64,000 bases of DNA from Eledone cirrhosa. Its lineage: Eukaryota. The notes below the pieces were generated by a model that saw only the letters and a program-made list of their open reading frames with translations, was not told the DNA's origin and did no database searches. The stretch is from the NCBI GenBank assembly GCA_964016885.1, contig OZ024743.1, forward strand, positions 357,244,001 through 357,308,000. Reading direction: 5' to 3'. This document shows positions 49,750-62,838 of this stretch, piece by piece; the stretch's first letter is position 1; each line of letters opens with the position of its first letter. A program made the position numbers and the translations under genes.

Positions 49750-52450
49750 TAGCTTATAGTGCAACCTCACTATCATACAGCAATCCTGTCCAGACAACCA
49801 TATCATCACATCATTTTATATCTATCTTTCCACTTGGATCACTTCTTCACCCAATAATCATCATCCATATGCATTATGTGTCAATACCAGTGCAATCTTC
49901 TCTCCTGCAGGCAACATCTGATTCTTCTTATGCCTAGCCTTTCTCTCAGCCCCTTCTCCGTTAACCTTTCATGCACACTAACTTTACATATCCACCAAAG
50001 CATGCTTGATTAATTTCTATCCAATCCTAACATATCCTCTGCATTCACTGCCCATGTCTCACTATCATGCAGTGCTGTGTTTCATAGGCAGACATCATAC
50101 AACCCACCTTTTTTCTCAGAGAAAATATTCTTTTGGCATTAGCATCCTATTCTTATTCTAGCTATTATGCTTTCAGAACAACCCTCTCCTCCACTGCTAA
50201 TTGGGTTACCCAGGTAATCTATCATCATCATCATCATCATTAACGTTTAACGTCCGTGTTCCACGCTTGCATGGGTTTGGACGGGGGTAGTCCCACTTGA
50301 GGCAAGAGTGATTGTCTTGCTCGCATAGGACTGTCTGGCAGGTTTTCTACAGTTGGATGCCCTTCCTAACACCAACCACATTTACAGTGTGGGTCTGGGA
50401 GGTTTTTACCGTGTTGCCTACACGGCCACATTACAGCGTGGACTGTGTGTTTTTTTGTCGTGACACCTACACGATCTCGTTTGTTTCGGCCTGGATGGCG
50501 CGGCACCAACATAACTTTACATGGAACGGGGTGGTGTGGATGGGGTGGGGGTGGTGGCGGGACGGGGTGTAGTTTGTTAGAGATGCCTACTGGCAAGGCG
50601 GGTCTTCTCTGTTACTGAGTACCGCCAAAGGTCACGGTCCAGTGACATTGTCTTGGAGAGGTGTAAGTGTATGAGGTCGGAGTTTATCAGCTCATCCCAT
50701 GTTTTTCTAGGTCTGCCTATTCCGTGGCTACCGTCTATCTTTATTGCCCTGCACTTTGTAATACAGCTATCGACTTTCATATCTATCCCTATGGTATCTT
50801 CCCCAGATTGGAAAAAATTGTTTATTTCACAACCAGCCTTGTGCACCTGTCACATACTTTCTCTGTTAGCCTGCCTGCTATCCCACTACACCTCTTGTGT
50901 AACCATAGTTTACATTTGTGTACATCCTATAGACTTCTTACCCAATCATTTTCTACATATCAAGAATAGCCACTTCCTGAGCATTTTTCATTCTAAGATC
51001 TGATCCCACAACATGAATTCCTTTTCTAGCTCTTCCATGGGTTCAACAATAAGAACCAGGTTGTCAGCATACAGAAGTATTTATGGCCTGGAGAACCATA
51101 AGTAGCATGTGTAGGCTTAGGTTTGAGCTCAGATGAACACCTACTTGTATACTGAACTCATCACTAAGCTTACTGACAACACCTTTAAACTTGGTTTACA
51201 CTGTTCTCATAGGCCACTCATCTATACTGTTTTCTTAAGGACCACCTGATAACAGATCATGGTACTCTATCAAAGGCTTTTTATAGATCAACAAAAGCCA
51301 GGTATAATGACCTGCACATACCCAGGAACTTCTCTTGCAATTGTCTCATCATGAAAAGGACATCTGTGGTGCTCCTGCAGGTTGTCTCATAGAAATTTCC
51401 AATTGTCCGCAATATCATATGTATCTGTATTTTCCTTTCTCTCATAAGCATCATGTAGAATTTTCCTGAATGTATACTTAACAGAGGTCCTTTAGTTTCC
51501 ATATGCCCCCTTTCTCCTGTATGTCCTGTTTTTTTATTCTGATGTCACAAATAAATAGTTGTATTGGGTAATGCTTTACTCTCCAGTAAAAGACTTAATA
51601 TTCACAACCATATGTTCATCTTGTTTTCTAATGAGCAAGAATCAATATGGCTTCTGTGTTCACCATATTTGTAGGTGATCAAGTGGCTGACTGGTTTCCT
51701 GAAGTTAGTGTTGCAAATCATTAGGTTATTTCTAGGAACCTTGATCCCTCTTCATTTCTCAAGTCATATCCATAGTTACCATGCACTCCAGCATGTCCAT
51801 TGAAGTCATCAGTCAGGATATTGAAGGTATCTGTACAATGTCTTCATAAAAATAGTGCTTTTGTTCTTCACTGAGCTCTGGTGGTAGTGCATAAGTGGAG
51901 ATAAGTTATCATTCTATTGTCTATGACTATTCTGAGCTTGATAATTCTGCCTGGTTACCTCAATTACTTTATCCACTTCTCAGCTACTAAAACACCTACT
52001 CCATTTAGCCCATCATCATTTCATGCCCAGAAGAACTTATAACTGTTACGAGTCTGGCTGTTGTTCATCTCTATTTTCCTCTCTTGTATGCTACACACAT
52101 CCACACATCTCCTCAAGCATCTCCACAATTTCACTCAATCTACTTGTTACTGTAGCCAACATTAAGAGTGGCAAATTTCAAATCTGTTACATTACAGCAA
52201 GAAGGTGTCCAGTGGCTAATGGCTTTCTGTATTTGAAAGTAAATGCATGATCACTTGATGATGGTCGAGGGCTTCTTGCACAAGGTTATGTTAGTCAGCC
52301 CACTACCATGCACAGCACTAGCATGGTTAGTATTACCTGTATACACAGTTAGCATTTATATTCTGAGTTGAGTTGGTCTTGATGTTGGCTTGGTTTTTCT
52401 GACTGATTGCCCTTCTTATCTCCAATCATATTGCAGTGTGGACTGGATGA
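49750..52450 (-). pseudogene. Old, heavily deleted RTE LINE (family D)
   Basis: Minus-strand remnants [51 protein letters not shown], with many stops. Confidence 0.8.
50221..50780 (-). mobile_element. RTE LINE family A 3' fragment inserted into family D
   Basis: Family A 3' UTR and C-terminus; ATCTATC on both sides (probable TSD overlapping the tail). Confidence 0.92.
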
Positions 52451-52971
52451 ATTTGATTATGCCACCAGCACTAGAAAGGTTGTCTCCCAGGAATTAAGAG
52501 TTCTCTCTACCCTGTATCACTTTTTATTCAGAGGGGCTGCTCTCCTAGATGGATTGCTTTCATTATTACCTATGAAGTTCATATCTACCTTATGCAATTT
52601 TATTTACTTTAAGTAACTGTCTTCCAAGACAAGCATATATCTATGTGGGTATATTATTCAATTGAGAGATCCCATAATGATTACAAAATCAGATTAGCCC
52701 CCGCACCCCTTAAAAAAACAAAACAAGATGCTTTTGATCTTAGGTCAATTCAGTAATGGCTGACCTTGAGCTAAACAACAACACCCCACACACATAAACT
52801 AGATAAACCTTAAAATATAATATTTCCCATTGTCTGCTGTAGTATGGTATCAGCAATTAACTAAATGATTCTTATAGCTTCACAAAATGTGGTACATCAG
52901 TTATGCTCATGGTACCAAATTGATCTGATTATTAGGGGAAGCTGGACAAATGAGATATTATAAATATTCAT

Positions 52972-53260
52972 AGGTGCTGGTTGCATGACAAAAAGCACTC
53001 AGTCCACCCTGTAAGGTGGTCATGTTGGTGACACGACAAAACGCACCCAGTCCACCTTGTTAGATGGTCGTTTCGGTGCCACAATAAAAAGCTCCCAGTT
53101 CACACTGTAATGTGATTGATGTTAGGAAGAACATTCATCCATAGAAACCAAGCCAAAATATAGATCTATATGGACATGTTAGTCTCCTAACCTAACTTGT
53201 CTCATAACAGGACAATCCATTTTCTCATGCAAGCATGGGAAAATGGATGTTAAATGATGA
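52972..53260 (+). mobile_element. Old non-autonomous RTE-derived element made of tandem hairpin/pseudoknot modules plus an RTE tail
   Basis: Repeats of CCAC..GTAA.GTGGTCRTG..GGTG.CACGACAAAA.GCACC, then TTAGGAAG.CAT and CATGCAAGCATGG..GGATGTTAAATGATGA. Confidence 0.7.
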
Positions 53261-53660
53261 GGATAAGGGTTTCAGAAGGATGTAGAAAAAAAAATCATAC
53301 TTGCATGAATTATAGTAGTTTAGTTCAGTGTTTCAGGGTTTAGATCAATGAGATAATATAAGTTAATCAATGATATAAGTTAATGTAAAATTCTCAGAAG
53401 CTTGTTGAGAAAATCACATCTGCACTGTGTTTCAGAATGTATAGTTCAATCTCATGGTAGGCATTAGTTTATTTTTCTACTTTGGCTGAGGGTTTGAAGC
53501 ACTGGACAAAGCCCACATGGCCACCAATTCAAACTTTATTACTACAATGTACTGAGTAAAGTATGATAATGGATCCTCCACTAGTTTCAACATGGAAAGA
53601 AAATAAAACAAATCTTATAGCAATTTACTGATGAAAGTCTTTTAATGTAACACTACGTTT

Positions 53661-54018
53661 TCATCATCATCATCATCATCATCGTTTAACGTCCCTGTTC
53701 CACGCTTGCATGGGTTTGGACGGGGGTTTTCCCACTTGAGGCAAGAGTGGTTGTCTTGCTCGCATAGGACTGTCTGGCGGGTTTTCTACAGCTGGATGCC
53801 CTTCCTAACACCAACCACATTTACAGTGTGGGACTGGGAGGTTTTTACCGTGTTGCCTACACGGTCACATTACAGCGTGGACTGTGTGTTTTTTGTCGTG
53901 ACACCTACACAATCTCGTTTGACTTGGCCTGGATGTTGTGGCACCAACATAACTTTGCATTGAAGGGGGCGGTGTGGATGGGGTGGGACGGGGGTGTATT
54001 TTGTTAGAGATGCCTACT
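53661..54018 (-). mobile_element. RTE LINE family A, 3' UTR only
   Basis: (GAT)n tail and family A UTR. Confidence 0.9.
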
Positions 54019-54283
54019 AATTCTGTATATTCATTGTTTAGGCTTCTAATCATAAAAAAATGTTTATAATATTGTCATAATGTTTTTAAAAACTGCATAG
54101 AAACTCAATTCATACTTGGTTATATATTTTTAATACACAGACATAAATGACCCTCACAACACAGAATGGGAGGTGGGGAAGGATCTGGAAACCTGTTGTT
54201 TGAGTTTGTGTTATATAGGTCTTTTGAAACAAAACTGAATTATATTTATGAGTATTAATCGAGGATAACCGAAAAATACATGG

Positions 54284-54615
54284 TTATATTTCACATTGCT
54301 CCAGTTTACTCAGCATAGAAATGAGATGATAGGACTGGGGTCCCTATCATTCCACTGCAAAGTGGAGGTGCCACGGCAAAAAAGCACCCAGCCCACACTG
54401 TAAAGTGGACGTGTAGGTGCCATGGAAAAATAGCACCCAGCACTCATGGTAAATGAGGTTGGTGTTAGGAAGGGCATCCAGCTGTAGAAAAAAGCCAGAA
54501 ACAGTTCCCATATGAGTAAGACAAAGTCAGCCGATCGGACACTGCCCACAACAGGACAACCCGTCTAACCCATGCTACGGTGGAGGAGCAGACGTAAAAC
54601 GGTGATGATGATGAT
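54284..54615 (+). mobile_element. SINE family 2 variant (5'-truncated) carrying the family B LINE 3' end
   Basis: TTTCACATTGCTCCAGTTTACTCAGC body as at 35091; tail ACAACAGGACAACCCGTCTAACCCATGCTA..GACGTAAAACGGTGATGAT as in family B. Confidence 0.8.
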
Positions 54616-55084
54616 TCTGGATACAAACTCAAATAATCCACACTAGTAAGGAAAAAGAATTTGAAGACTTACAATTAGATTTGCTATCATATTGATCCTT
54701 TCAGCTTGTACATACATATACATAAATATTAATAGTTAAAAATAAATTTTTAGATATTTGTTTGTTTATTCCATACTTTCTATCCTGTTTTCACAATACT
54801 ATTTTATATGGCAAATTTAAAAACAGCAAAAATAATTCTTTTTTTCTTTTAAGAAAATAATTCTGAAACATTGAACTTCTAATAAATATAAATGATGCAC
54901 ATTTAACGAGATTGTATAAGATAAATTTAACAAAACTAGTAGGTTTGGAACCTGTATTCCTTTTGAATATATGTCTTTAAAAAAAGAAATATTCACCATT
55001 TGGTACAAACATCACTGTAAGATACAGATCAAATATTTGGTGTAGATCTTGATGTGAACATGTCATAACTTATACCTTTCTTTG

Positions 55085-55123
<39 letters not shown>

Positions 55124-55164
55124 AGAAAAAAGAGAATCAGTCTTGCGACGAAAGTAATTTATTG

Positions 55165-55262
55165 GACATATTACAAATGTTTCTCGGGCGACCAGCTCGA
55201 GGCACGATCGATATTGTGTGATCACACCTGACTCTGAAATCAACACGGTCGTCAGATACGTC
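55165..55262 (-). ncRNA. Type-I hammerhead ribozyme candidate in a ~170-bp TA-flanked insert (55121-55288)
   Basis: Minus strand: GACGTAT-CTGACGA-[long domain II]-GAAA-CA/TT/TG-TA-ATATGTC-C-AATAAA. 7-bp stem I, 3-bp stem III, GUA cleavage triplet; the stem II closing pair is unclear. Confidence 0.7.
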
Positions 55263-55304
55263 TCAATTCCACGAAGCAGATTTTCCTATTATATATATAT
55301 ATAT

Positions 55305-55650
55305 ATCATCATCATAATCATCATCATTTTACGTCCGCTTTTCCCTGCTTGCAAGGGTGGGACGAGAACTGATTCTGGCTTGATTTCTACAGCTGGATGC
55401 CCTTCCTAACACCAACCTCATTTACAGTGAGTGCTGGGTGCTTTTTTGCCGTAGCACCTCCACGACCACTTTGCAGTGGAATGATATGGACTCCAGTCCC
55501 TATCATCTCATTTCTACATCTGAGTAAACTGGAGCAATGTGAAATAGAGTGTCTTGCTCAAGGAAACAACACATCACCCGGTCTGAGAATTGAACTCACA
55601 ACCTTTCGATTGCAAGGCCAATGCTCTAACCACTAAGCCATGTGCCTCCA
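55305..55650 (-). mobile_element. Composite SINE family 2 with family C tail
   Basis: Reverse complement of 35091-35430. Confidence 0.85.
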
Positions 55651-55669
55651 TACATATATATATATATAT

Positions 55670-56940
55670 ATCATCATCATCACCGTTTTACGTCCGTTCT
55701 TCCATGCTAGCATGGGTTAGACAGGTTGTCCTGTTGTGGGCAGTGTCTGGTCGGCTGACCATGCCTTGCTCATACAGGAACTGATTTTGGCTTGATTTCT
55801 ACAGGTGGATGTCCTTCCTAACACCAACCTCATTTACAGTGAGTGCTAGATGCTCTTTTCTGTGGCGCCTACACGTCCACTTTACAGTGTGGGCTGGGTG
55901 CTTTTTTGCCGTGGCACCTCCACGACCACTTTGCAGTGGGAGGGTGTGGGAGCATATTGTCTATATGCTTCAGCTTGTACCCATGGGAGGTCGGGTACTC
56001 TGTATTACTGCGTGATGCTAGAGGTCACGGTCGTGTGTCATCGCTTTTGAGAGTTGTAATTGGGTAAGGTCAGCTTTTATCACCTCATCCAAGGTCTTCT
56101 TGGGTATCTCCACTCCGCGGTTTCCATTGACTTCTAGTGCTCTGCACCTTTTTATGCAGGTGTCATCCTTCATACGCATCACATGTCCATACCAACGCAA
56201 CCGCCTCTCCGGCACACAGCATTTGATTCCTCTTATGCTCAGTCTCTCTTTCCATTCATTTATGCTTTTTCGCTTGCATATATTACTATTACACATCCAT
56301 CGGAGCATGCAGGCTTAGTTTCTCTCTAATCTACGTAAGTCTTCCACCTTCAGCGCCCAGGTCTCACTACCATGTAACATTGCTGTTCATATACACGCAT
56401 CATACAGTCTGCCTTTCATTTTGAGGGAGAAGCCTTTTGCAGCTAGCAGTGGCAGTAGTTCCCTGAACTTCTTCCATCCCGTTCTTACCCTAGTTATTGT
56501 ACTTTCTGAACACCCACCTCCGCTGCTAATTTGGTCACCTAGGTAGCAGAGGCTATCTACAGAGCCCTCCCAGAGATTGGTGGTACTTGTTTCCTGTGGC
56601 TGTTTGCTGCTACATGTTAAGCCTACATTCTTAATTAAGCTTCCTGAGATCCCGCTTCATCTTTCGCATACCCATTGTTTGCATTTGGGGCAGAGAATGG
56701 AGTTCCTACCTACACCTTTCCTACATACTGAGCAAGGCCATTTCCCTGAGTCTTTCTGGGTTTTGTTTTCTTGTCTATTTACAAGGACTTTAGTCTTTGT
56801 CATGTTGACTTTGAGACCCTTTCTTTCTAGTCCCTGCTTGAAAGTTTAGAATTTCTTCTCTAGTTCTACCATAGATTCAGCTATAAGTGCGAGGTCATCT
56901 GCATACAGGAGTTCCCATGGGCATCTGGTCTTAAACTCCT
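55670..56940 (-). mobile_element. RTE LINE family B, 5'-truncated and diverged
   Basis: Collinear with 35433-36740; same TAA at 56315-56317. Confidence 0.93.
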
Positions 56941-57057
56941 ATATATATATATATATATATATATTATACATAAACATAGATAATTTACCTTTGAATTTTG
57001 TAATCCTAATTTTTCTTCTTTATTATTTAGTTACAACATTTAGTTACAAGGGCGTTG

Positions 57058-57248
57058 GTTTGGCAGTATCGGTAGAGGGTCGGACAACATACCCTGCAGC
57101 ACAGAGTTCAGAGTTCAGAGTTCACAGGTCTGAGTTCAAATCCTGCCGAGGTTAACTTTGCCTTTCATCCTTACGGGGTCGATAAAATAAAGTACCAGTA
57201 ATGCACTGGGATAATTGCTGGCCTTGTGCCAAAACTAGAAACAATTAT
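57058..57248 (+). mobile_element. tRNA-derived SINE family 1 with a probable 19-bp target-site duplication
   Basis: Family 1 sequence; ATTATTTAGTTACAACATT at 57022-57040 and 57244-57262. Confidence 0.88.
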
Positions 57249-57573
57249 TTAGTTACAACATTACTTTAGCAGCCTAAAATATTTTTTCTTTGGTATAATA
57301 TATATATATTTGGTATAGTATCTATTATAAGCTATTATAAGTAACTTATAAACTGATCTATAACAGTCTATATTTATTTATTTATTTGTTTGACCAATCT
57401 AAATACATGATTTTTTAAATAATTTCAAAAACGCTAAGTCCAACTGTATTTTTCTCCCACTTACGTAACATCTTCTGTGTTGGATTTTTTTTCTAATCAT
57501 ATGTTTGGTTGTCACCGATCTGTCCAGCTTGTTTGACCGCCAGTATATCAAAAGAATTCTGCATCTCCTATGC

Positions 57574-57645
57574 ATTTTGTCTGACAAGAAAATGTTTTGG
57601 ATTATGTTATACATAAGCCTTGCATCTTCGAAATATGTATAAAAT
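57574..57645 (+). ncRNA. Minimal hammerhead-like motif related to the 34388 motif
   Basis: ATTTTGT-CTGACAA-GAAAATG..GGATTATGT/TAT/ACATAAGCC..CATCTTC-GAAA-TATG-TA-TAAAAT. CTGACAA is one CpG-type change from CTGACGA. Confidence 0.6.
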
Positions 57646-57688
57646 ATGTATAAAATAAATAGAGATGATCTAAAGTAATTATCTTTCG

Positions 57689-57730
<42 letters not shown>

Positions 57731-58071
57731 TATTGCAGTCTGTAGTTCTGAAAAGTTGCATAATCTGCTACTTGTACCTCAATTTGGCTATCTTCATAAT
57801 ATGAAACTCAATAATGTGATTCTGTTCAAACCTAGTTAAAGTTTACTTAACCTTCCAACCATTATGATTTATAGAAAGTAAGTCATTCTCAAGAGAGTAA
57901 GTATTGCATACTGACCACATAGCTGTAGTTTCAGGCTTTATTATAACCAATGTATTTTGCTTTTGGTCAAGGTGTATTACAACACTAATGACTTCAGTGT
58001 ATAGAACTATAGAACTTTTAACTTATTTATTGACAATAGAGGTGTGAAAGACTAATCAGCCTTAATGCTAT

Positions 58072-58274
58072 TTAACCCTTTAGCATTTAAACCAGCTGTA
58101 TCCAGCCAGAATTCTCTCATCTCTTTCTGTTCAAACCAGTCATAACTGTCCACTCATACTGATGTTAAGGTATTTATCTCAAAATAAATAATATCAAAAT
58201 CTCATAGATTCGATATTATGTAAGATAATTATGTGAGGTAATTATATAGAGTAATGTAAATGCTAAAGAGTTAA
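58072..58274 (+). mobile_element. piggyBac-type MITE
   Basis: TTAA-CCCTTTAGCATTTA ... TAAATGCTAAAGAG-TTAA. Confidence 0.85.
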
Positions 58275-58539
58275 ACTGTAAACCAAGAAAACAACAATTA
58301 ATTACTAGAATTAATTCAGTCCAATGCTCTGACCTGTATTTTCCATCTCTAGGCTTCAATCTATATTTAAACATTTAAACTACTGTTCTCCCTTTTATTT
58401 GTAACAGTCATAATATTTCAACTGTTGTACCATTCAACTTGTCTCAGGTGTCTGTTATATTCAGTCATGTACTCAGAAACAAAGTAAAGTTTAAAGCTCC
58501 TAAGTTTCATAACCCAGGGATTCAATTTACCCATACCAT

Positions 58540-58768
58540 TTAACCCTTTACCATTTAAACCGGCCATATCTGGCCAGAATTCTCTCACCTCTTTCTGTCC
58601 AAACTGGCCATAACCAGCTCCTCATACTCATATTAAGGTATTGTTCTCAAAATAAATAATATCAAAATCTCATAGATTCGATATTATGTGAGATAATTAT
58701 GTGAGGGAAAACCTTTACTGTGAAAATATAATAGTAAATATAGAGTAATGTAAATGCTAAAGGGTTAA
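58540..58768 (+). mobile_element. piggyBac-type MITE
   Basis: TTAA-CCCTTTACCATTTA ... TAAATGCTAAAGGG-TTAA. Confidence 0.88.
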
Positions 58769-59085
58769 ACTTAACCAATATTTATATTGACTGTGGATGT
58801 AGTATGGCTAAGGTTAAGAAGTTCACTTCACAATCATTAAGTCCTGGGTTCAATCCCACTGTGTGGCTTCTTTGGCAAGTGTCATTTGCCATAGCCTTGG
58901 GTTGACCCATGCTTTGTGAGTGAAACTGGGTAGACGGATGAACTGTACTAGTAATTCAAAGGGTCGGCCATGACACACACTGTCTAAAATCCCACCGAGG
59001 TTAGCATTGCTTTTCATCCTCAGGATCGATAAAATAAAGTACCAGTGACCAAAACATTGTGACCGTAACACCCAAAGTGAGGACA

Positions 59086-59302
59086 TTAACCCTTTATTAT
59101 TCTATATTTACTATTGTATTGTCACAGTAAAGGCTTTATCTTACATAATTATCTCACATAATATTGACTCTATGAGATTTTGATATTTATTTTGGGAACA
59201 ATACCTTAACATAAATATGAGCAGCCAGTTATAGCCAGTTTGAATAGAAAGAGGTGAGAGAATTCTGGCCAGATATGACTGGTTTAAATGCTAAAGGGTT
59301 AA
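59086..59302 (-). mobile_element. piggyBac-type MITE, opposite orientation
   Basis: TTAA-CCCTTTA ... ATGCTAAAGGG-TTAA; reverse complement of 58540-58768. Confidence 0.85.
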
Positions 59303-59439
59303 TCTAGATAGATCAGTGTGTAATAATAATTCATCATTTCAACTATTCAGTTAAAATTTAAATATTAATAGATTAATATCATTATTGATTGTCTATAGAT
59401 ATTGACTGATTTTCTTTTTCTTTCTGTTTTTAATTTCAG

Positions 59440-62400
59440 CTTCAGATGAAGATAGCAGCATGAAACAGAAATCAAATGACTCAGTTGATGATGATGGAGA
59501 TAAAGATTTGGATGATGAACAGGACTCTAATTCACAGTCAAGCCAACCGGACAATGAATCTGACTTTGGATCTCTACCAGAACAACCAAGCCCTCAGGCC
59601 AAAGGTCAGGTGAAAGTGGAATCGAAAATATTGACGCCACCGCCGCCACCACCACCACCACCACCTCCTCCTCCTCCCCCTCCACCGCCACCGCCGCCTG
59701 TGTGCAGCCCTCCAAAAGGCTCACCCATCAGAGACATGACACCACCATCTCCACTACGTCGTAGTTCAGTCATTACAGACAATTCATTGTCTGTTCAGTC
59801 ATCAGCAACGCTACCACCACCACACACCGCTACAGCAACCATACCAGTGTCAGTAATCACTCGAACTATTTCCCATTCTTCACATAATCTGACCACATCG
59901 AGACATAGTGTCCGGGATCAGTACAAACCAATCAATGGTCTATACCGGTCTCTTGGTAGTAGTGTTAGCCATAGCAGTAACAACAGTAACACGTCCGGTA
60001 GTCATCACAGTAGCCATCAGCGCAGCAACAATGCTCACTCACATATCATCAACAACACCAGCCACAGTAGCAACACCATGACATCAAACACGACTCCATC
60101 CCGTACAACAAACCATCATATGACAGCCAGCTCTAGCAGTAATTCTGATGAACCTTTGGATTTGTCAAAGAAAACCAAAACCAAAACTCACACATCACCC
60201 CTCCCAGTCTCAAATGGCATCAGTGGGGGTCTCTCTTCAAGTCTGAAGAGTCTTCAGCAACGGTTTGGCGGTGACTTCCACATAAATGGCACCAATATCC
60301 GAGTGAACAAATCCATCGAAGATCCAGTAGTTGTTAATCAGCTTCCGGTCAACCATTTCAGCACAAGTCACTTGCTCAGTAGCAATCTGTCTGACTATAG
60401 TAACAATGTCAACACAGATGTGGGGGCCAGTATGAAGGTGAATAACAACAATTCATTAATGAGTCAAATGGTGGAAACACCGAGTGACAGCTGCACGGAA
60501 GGTGGCAGTAGCAACAGCCGATACACGACACACAGGTGCTCTTGTCAGAAGGTATTTAGTACATTATATGACTTGAGCATCCATCTTCAAGAGACACATC
60601 ACATACCTCCTGGCAGCAAAGATGCTAGTCTGATGGAGTACCCAAAACTTGTACGAGGTCAGGATATGTGGCTAAACCAGGAGTCCGAACAGACCAGGCG
60701 TATTCTGCGTTGCATGCAGTGTGGCGAGTCATTTAAGACACTTCCTGAGTTGACTTTGCATATGATGCAAACTCAACACTATACGAAAATTGTCAGTTCA
60801 GATCATGGTCGCAGGTCACATAAATGTTCCTCTTACTGTGATCGAGATCTTGAAAAAGAGTGTATCTTTAAGTGTAAAGTTTGCCAGGAGACCTACAATG
60901 ATATGGAAGGTTTAGCAAATCACATGATCATGTCAGGACATCACAAGAAACAAATACTACGTTCTTATAATTCCCCAGAAATCCTGTTACGAGCACGACG
61001 GAAGCGTCCCTTCAACAGCGAGGACAAGCTTGGTCTAGGTGCTAATCCCACTGTTGCAACTTTGTTGGAATTTAAACGCAAGTGTGTCAGTCATGACAAC
61101 TTGAACAGTCCAAATGTAAAGTTCACTGATATAGTTGCCAAAGATGAAGATGGTTATATAACATGTGAGAGCTGTGGAAAATGCATTGAAATGCAGGTAT
61201 TTGTAGAACATATCCGCACATGTGTACGGCAGCGATCAGGTGTCATCGATGCTCTAAAGATGAAACTGAACGCTGACGATGATCAGCGCCGACAACAGAA
61301 AAAGGTTGAAACTCCAATTGCAGGTTCCAATATCAGTAATCCAGTCCGAAAAACAAGCCCTAATCGGCCAACAGTTCCTGACAGTACAGATTATGATATC
61401 ACCAAAGTAAAAACCGAGCCGAAAGAAGTAGATGAAAGGTGTGATAGTGTGAAGGAAGCGCCAGTGTGTAGCCCATCAAACTTAGAACCAAAGATTGAGG
61501 TTATGGATAGCTCAACATCAGAAGAGAGAGTAAATAACTTAAAAGTGATACTTCCTCGTATTTCTGAAGAAGACAGCAATGGTAACAGCAACAACACTCC
61601 AAATATCCGAAAAGAAACAGATAAGGTACACTTAGATATAATTGATCCTGGTTGCAGTGATACAGGTGGACTTTCAGCACTTCGAGCGATGGAATCTTTT
61701 ATACAAAAGAGCTTCAAAACTAAATTTGATAAGAGCAGTAGTCATAAAGAAGTGTCCAATAACACTAGCTCTTCAAGCAGCTCAATAACAGCAGTCACTC
61801 AAGAAATGAAACGAGTAACGACACCCGAGAGCCCATCGTCAAGGTACATCCAGCTTTCAAATCAACAGAAACCCAGTCTGCGAAGTAGTTCTTATTTTCC
61901 GACTGTGCCTTCGAGCCAGCCTCCTTTATGTCAGGAATCCAATGATGATGGTGGTTCGGAGCCAGAAAGTAATGAATCTTTTAAAACAGCCGGCAAAGAA
62001 CTGCAATCTTTGTCAGATATGTGTGAGCAGATTACAAAGCAAGTGAACACCCCTAGTGTAAAATCTGAAGAAAAAATTCTGTCCAGTTCTAGTGATATAA
62101 ATAAGGAAGAGAATTCCAAAAGCCCCGCAGCAAGTGCTGAAAAGAAACCAAGTAAAGAAGCTCTTGAAGAAAAATATCTTCAGCTGCCACCAACTACAGA
62201 GCCTAGCTCATCACATTCCTCTGCTCTCGATTCTTTAAGCAGTTTTGTCTATGGTCAGCCAATGACATGTGAACACCCCCTAGATAGCTTACAAAAACTG
62301 ATAACAAACACAGATAGCATGAAATTACCTCCAAATGATAGCCATCCCCCCAAGTGCCACACAGTTATTCCCTCTTCATCACCAGAGATTGCTATTCCAT

Positions 62401-62777
62401 TGAATTTATCAACAAAATGTCAAAAAGATGAAGACAAAGAAAAGATTTCTGACCGGGAAGAATCGTCTGTCTTGGACAATTCTACTGATGCTGGCCATGG
62501 GGATCTAACTTCTCCAGCCAGTGACTCTGATAGTGGTGATTATAAATGTCCAGCCTGTAGCCGGCAGTGTGCGTCAAAAGGCTCCTGTCGCTACCACCTA
62601 AGCCGGTGTCATTTGTCATCCGTGAAAAAATTTAGCATTCGCGATCCATTCAGCATGAGTCCGTTTGTCTATCTACCTCTGGATCATACGGCTAAGTTCA
62701 CCAAGTATTATGAGATGGCACATGAACTCGCAAACAAAGGCAGTGTGTCACATGAACTCACAGCAAAGGGCAAGTAA
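59440..62777 (+). CDS. tsh: Teashirt/tiptop family C2H2 zinc-finger transcription factor, large terminal coding exon (first in-exon ATG at 59460)
   Basis: Polypyrimidine tract plus TTTCAG acceptor at 59438-59439; PLDLS CtBP-binding motif; KLVRGQDMWL..EQTRRILRCMQCGESFKTLPELTLHMMQTQHYTKIVS matches the teashirt signature finger; further spaced fingers; AMESFIQKSF, HPLDSLQKL and KFTKYYEMAHELA motifs. Confidence 0.9.
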
Positions 62778-62813
62778 CCACAACATAACAACTGTGGAAA
62801 CTACAGCTCTAGA

Positions 62814-62838
62814 AATAAATAAATAAAATAAAATAAAT
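62814..62838 (+). other. Clustered AATAAA hexamers in the proximal 3' UTR (possible polyadenylation signal)
   Basis: (AAAT)n run just after the stop codon; may simply be a microsatellite. Confidence 0.25.

Noticed and set aside
52023-52250. ORF starting MPRR as a candidate TSHZ-like first exon
   Set aside because: It is the antisense reading of the family D LINE endonuclease motif (YKFFWA) and has no suitably placed donor.
59527-62119. Minus-strand ORFs within the teashirt exon
   Set aside because: Short shadow frames of the real CDS with no recognisable motifs.
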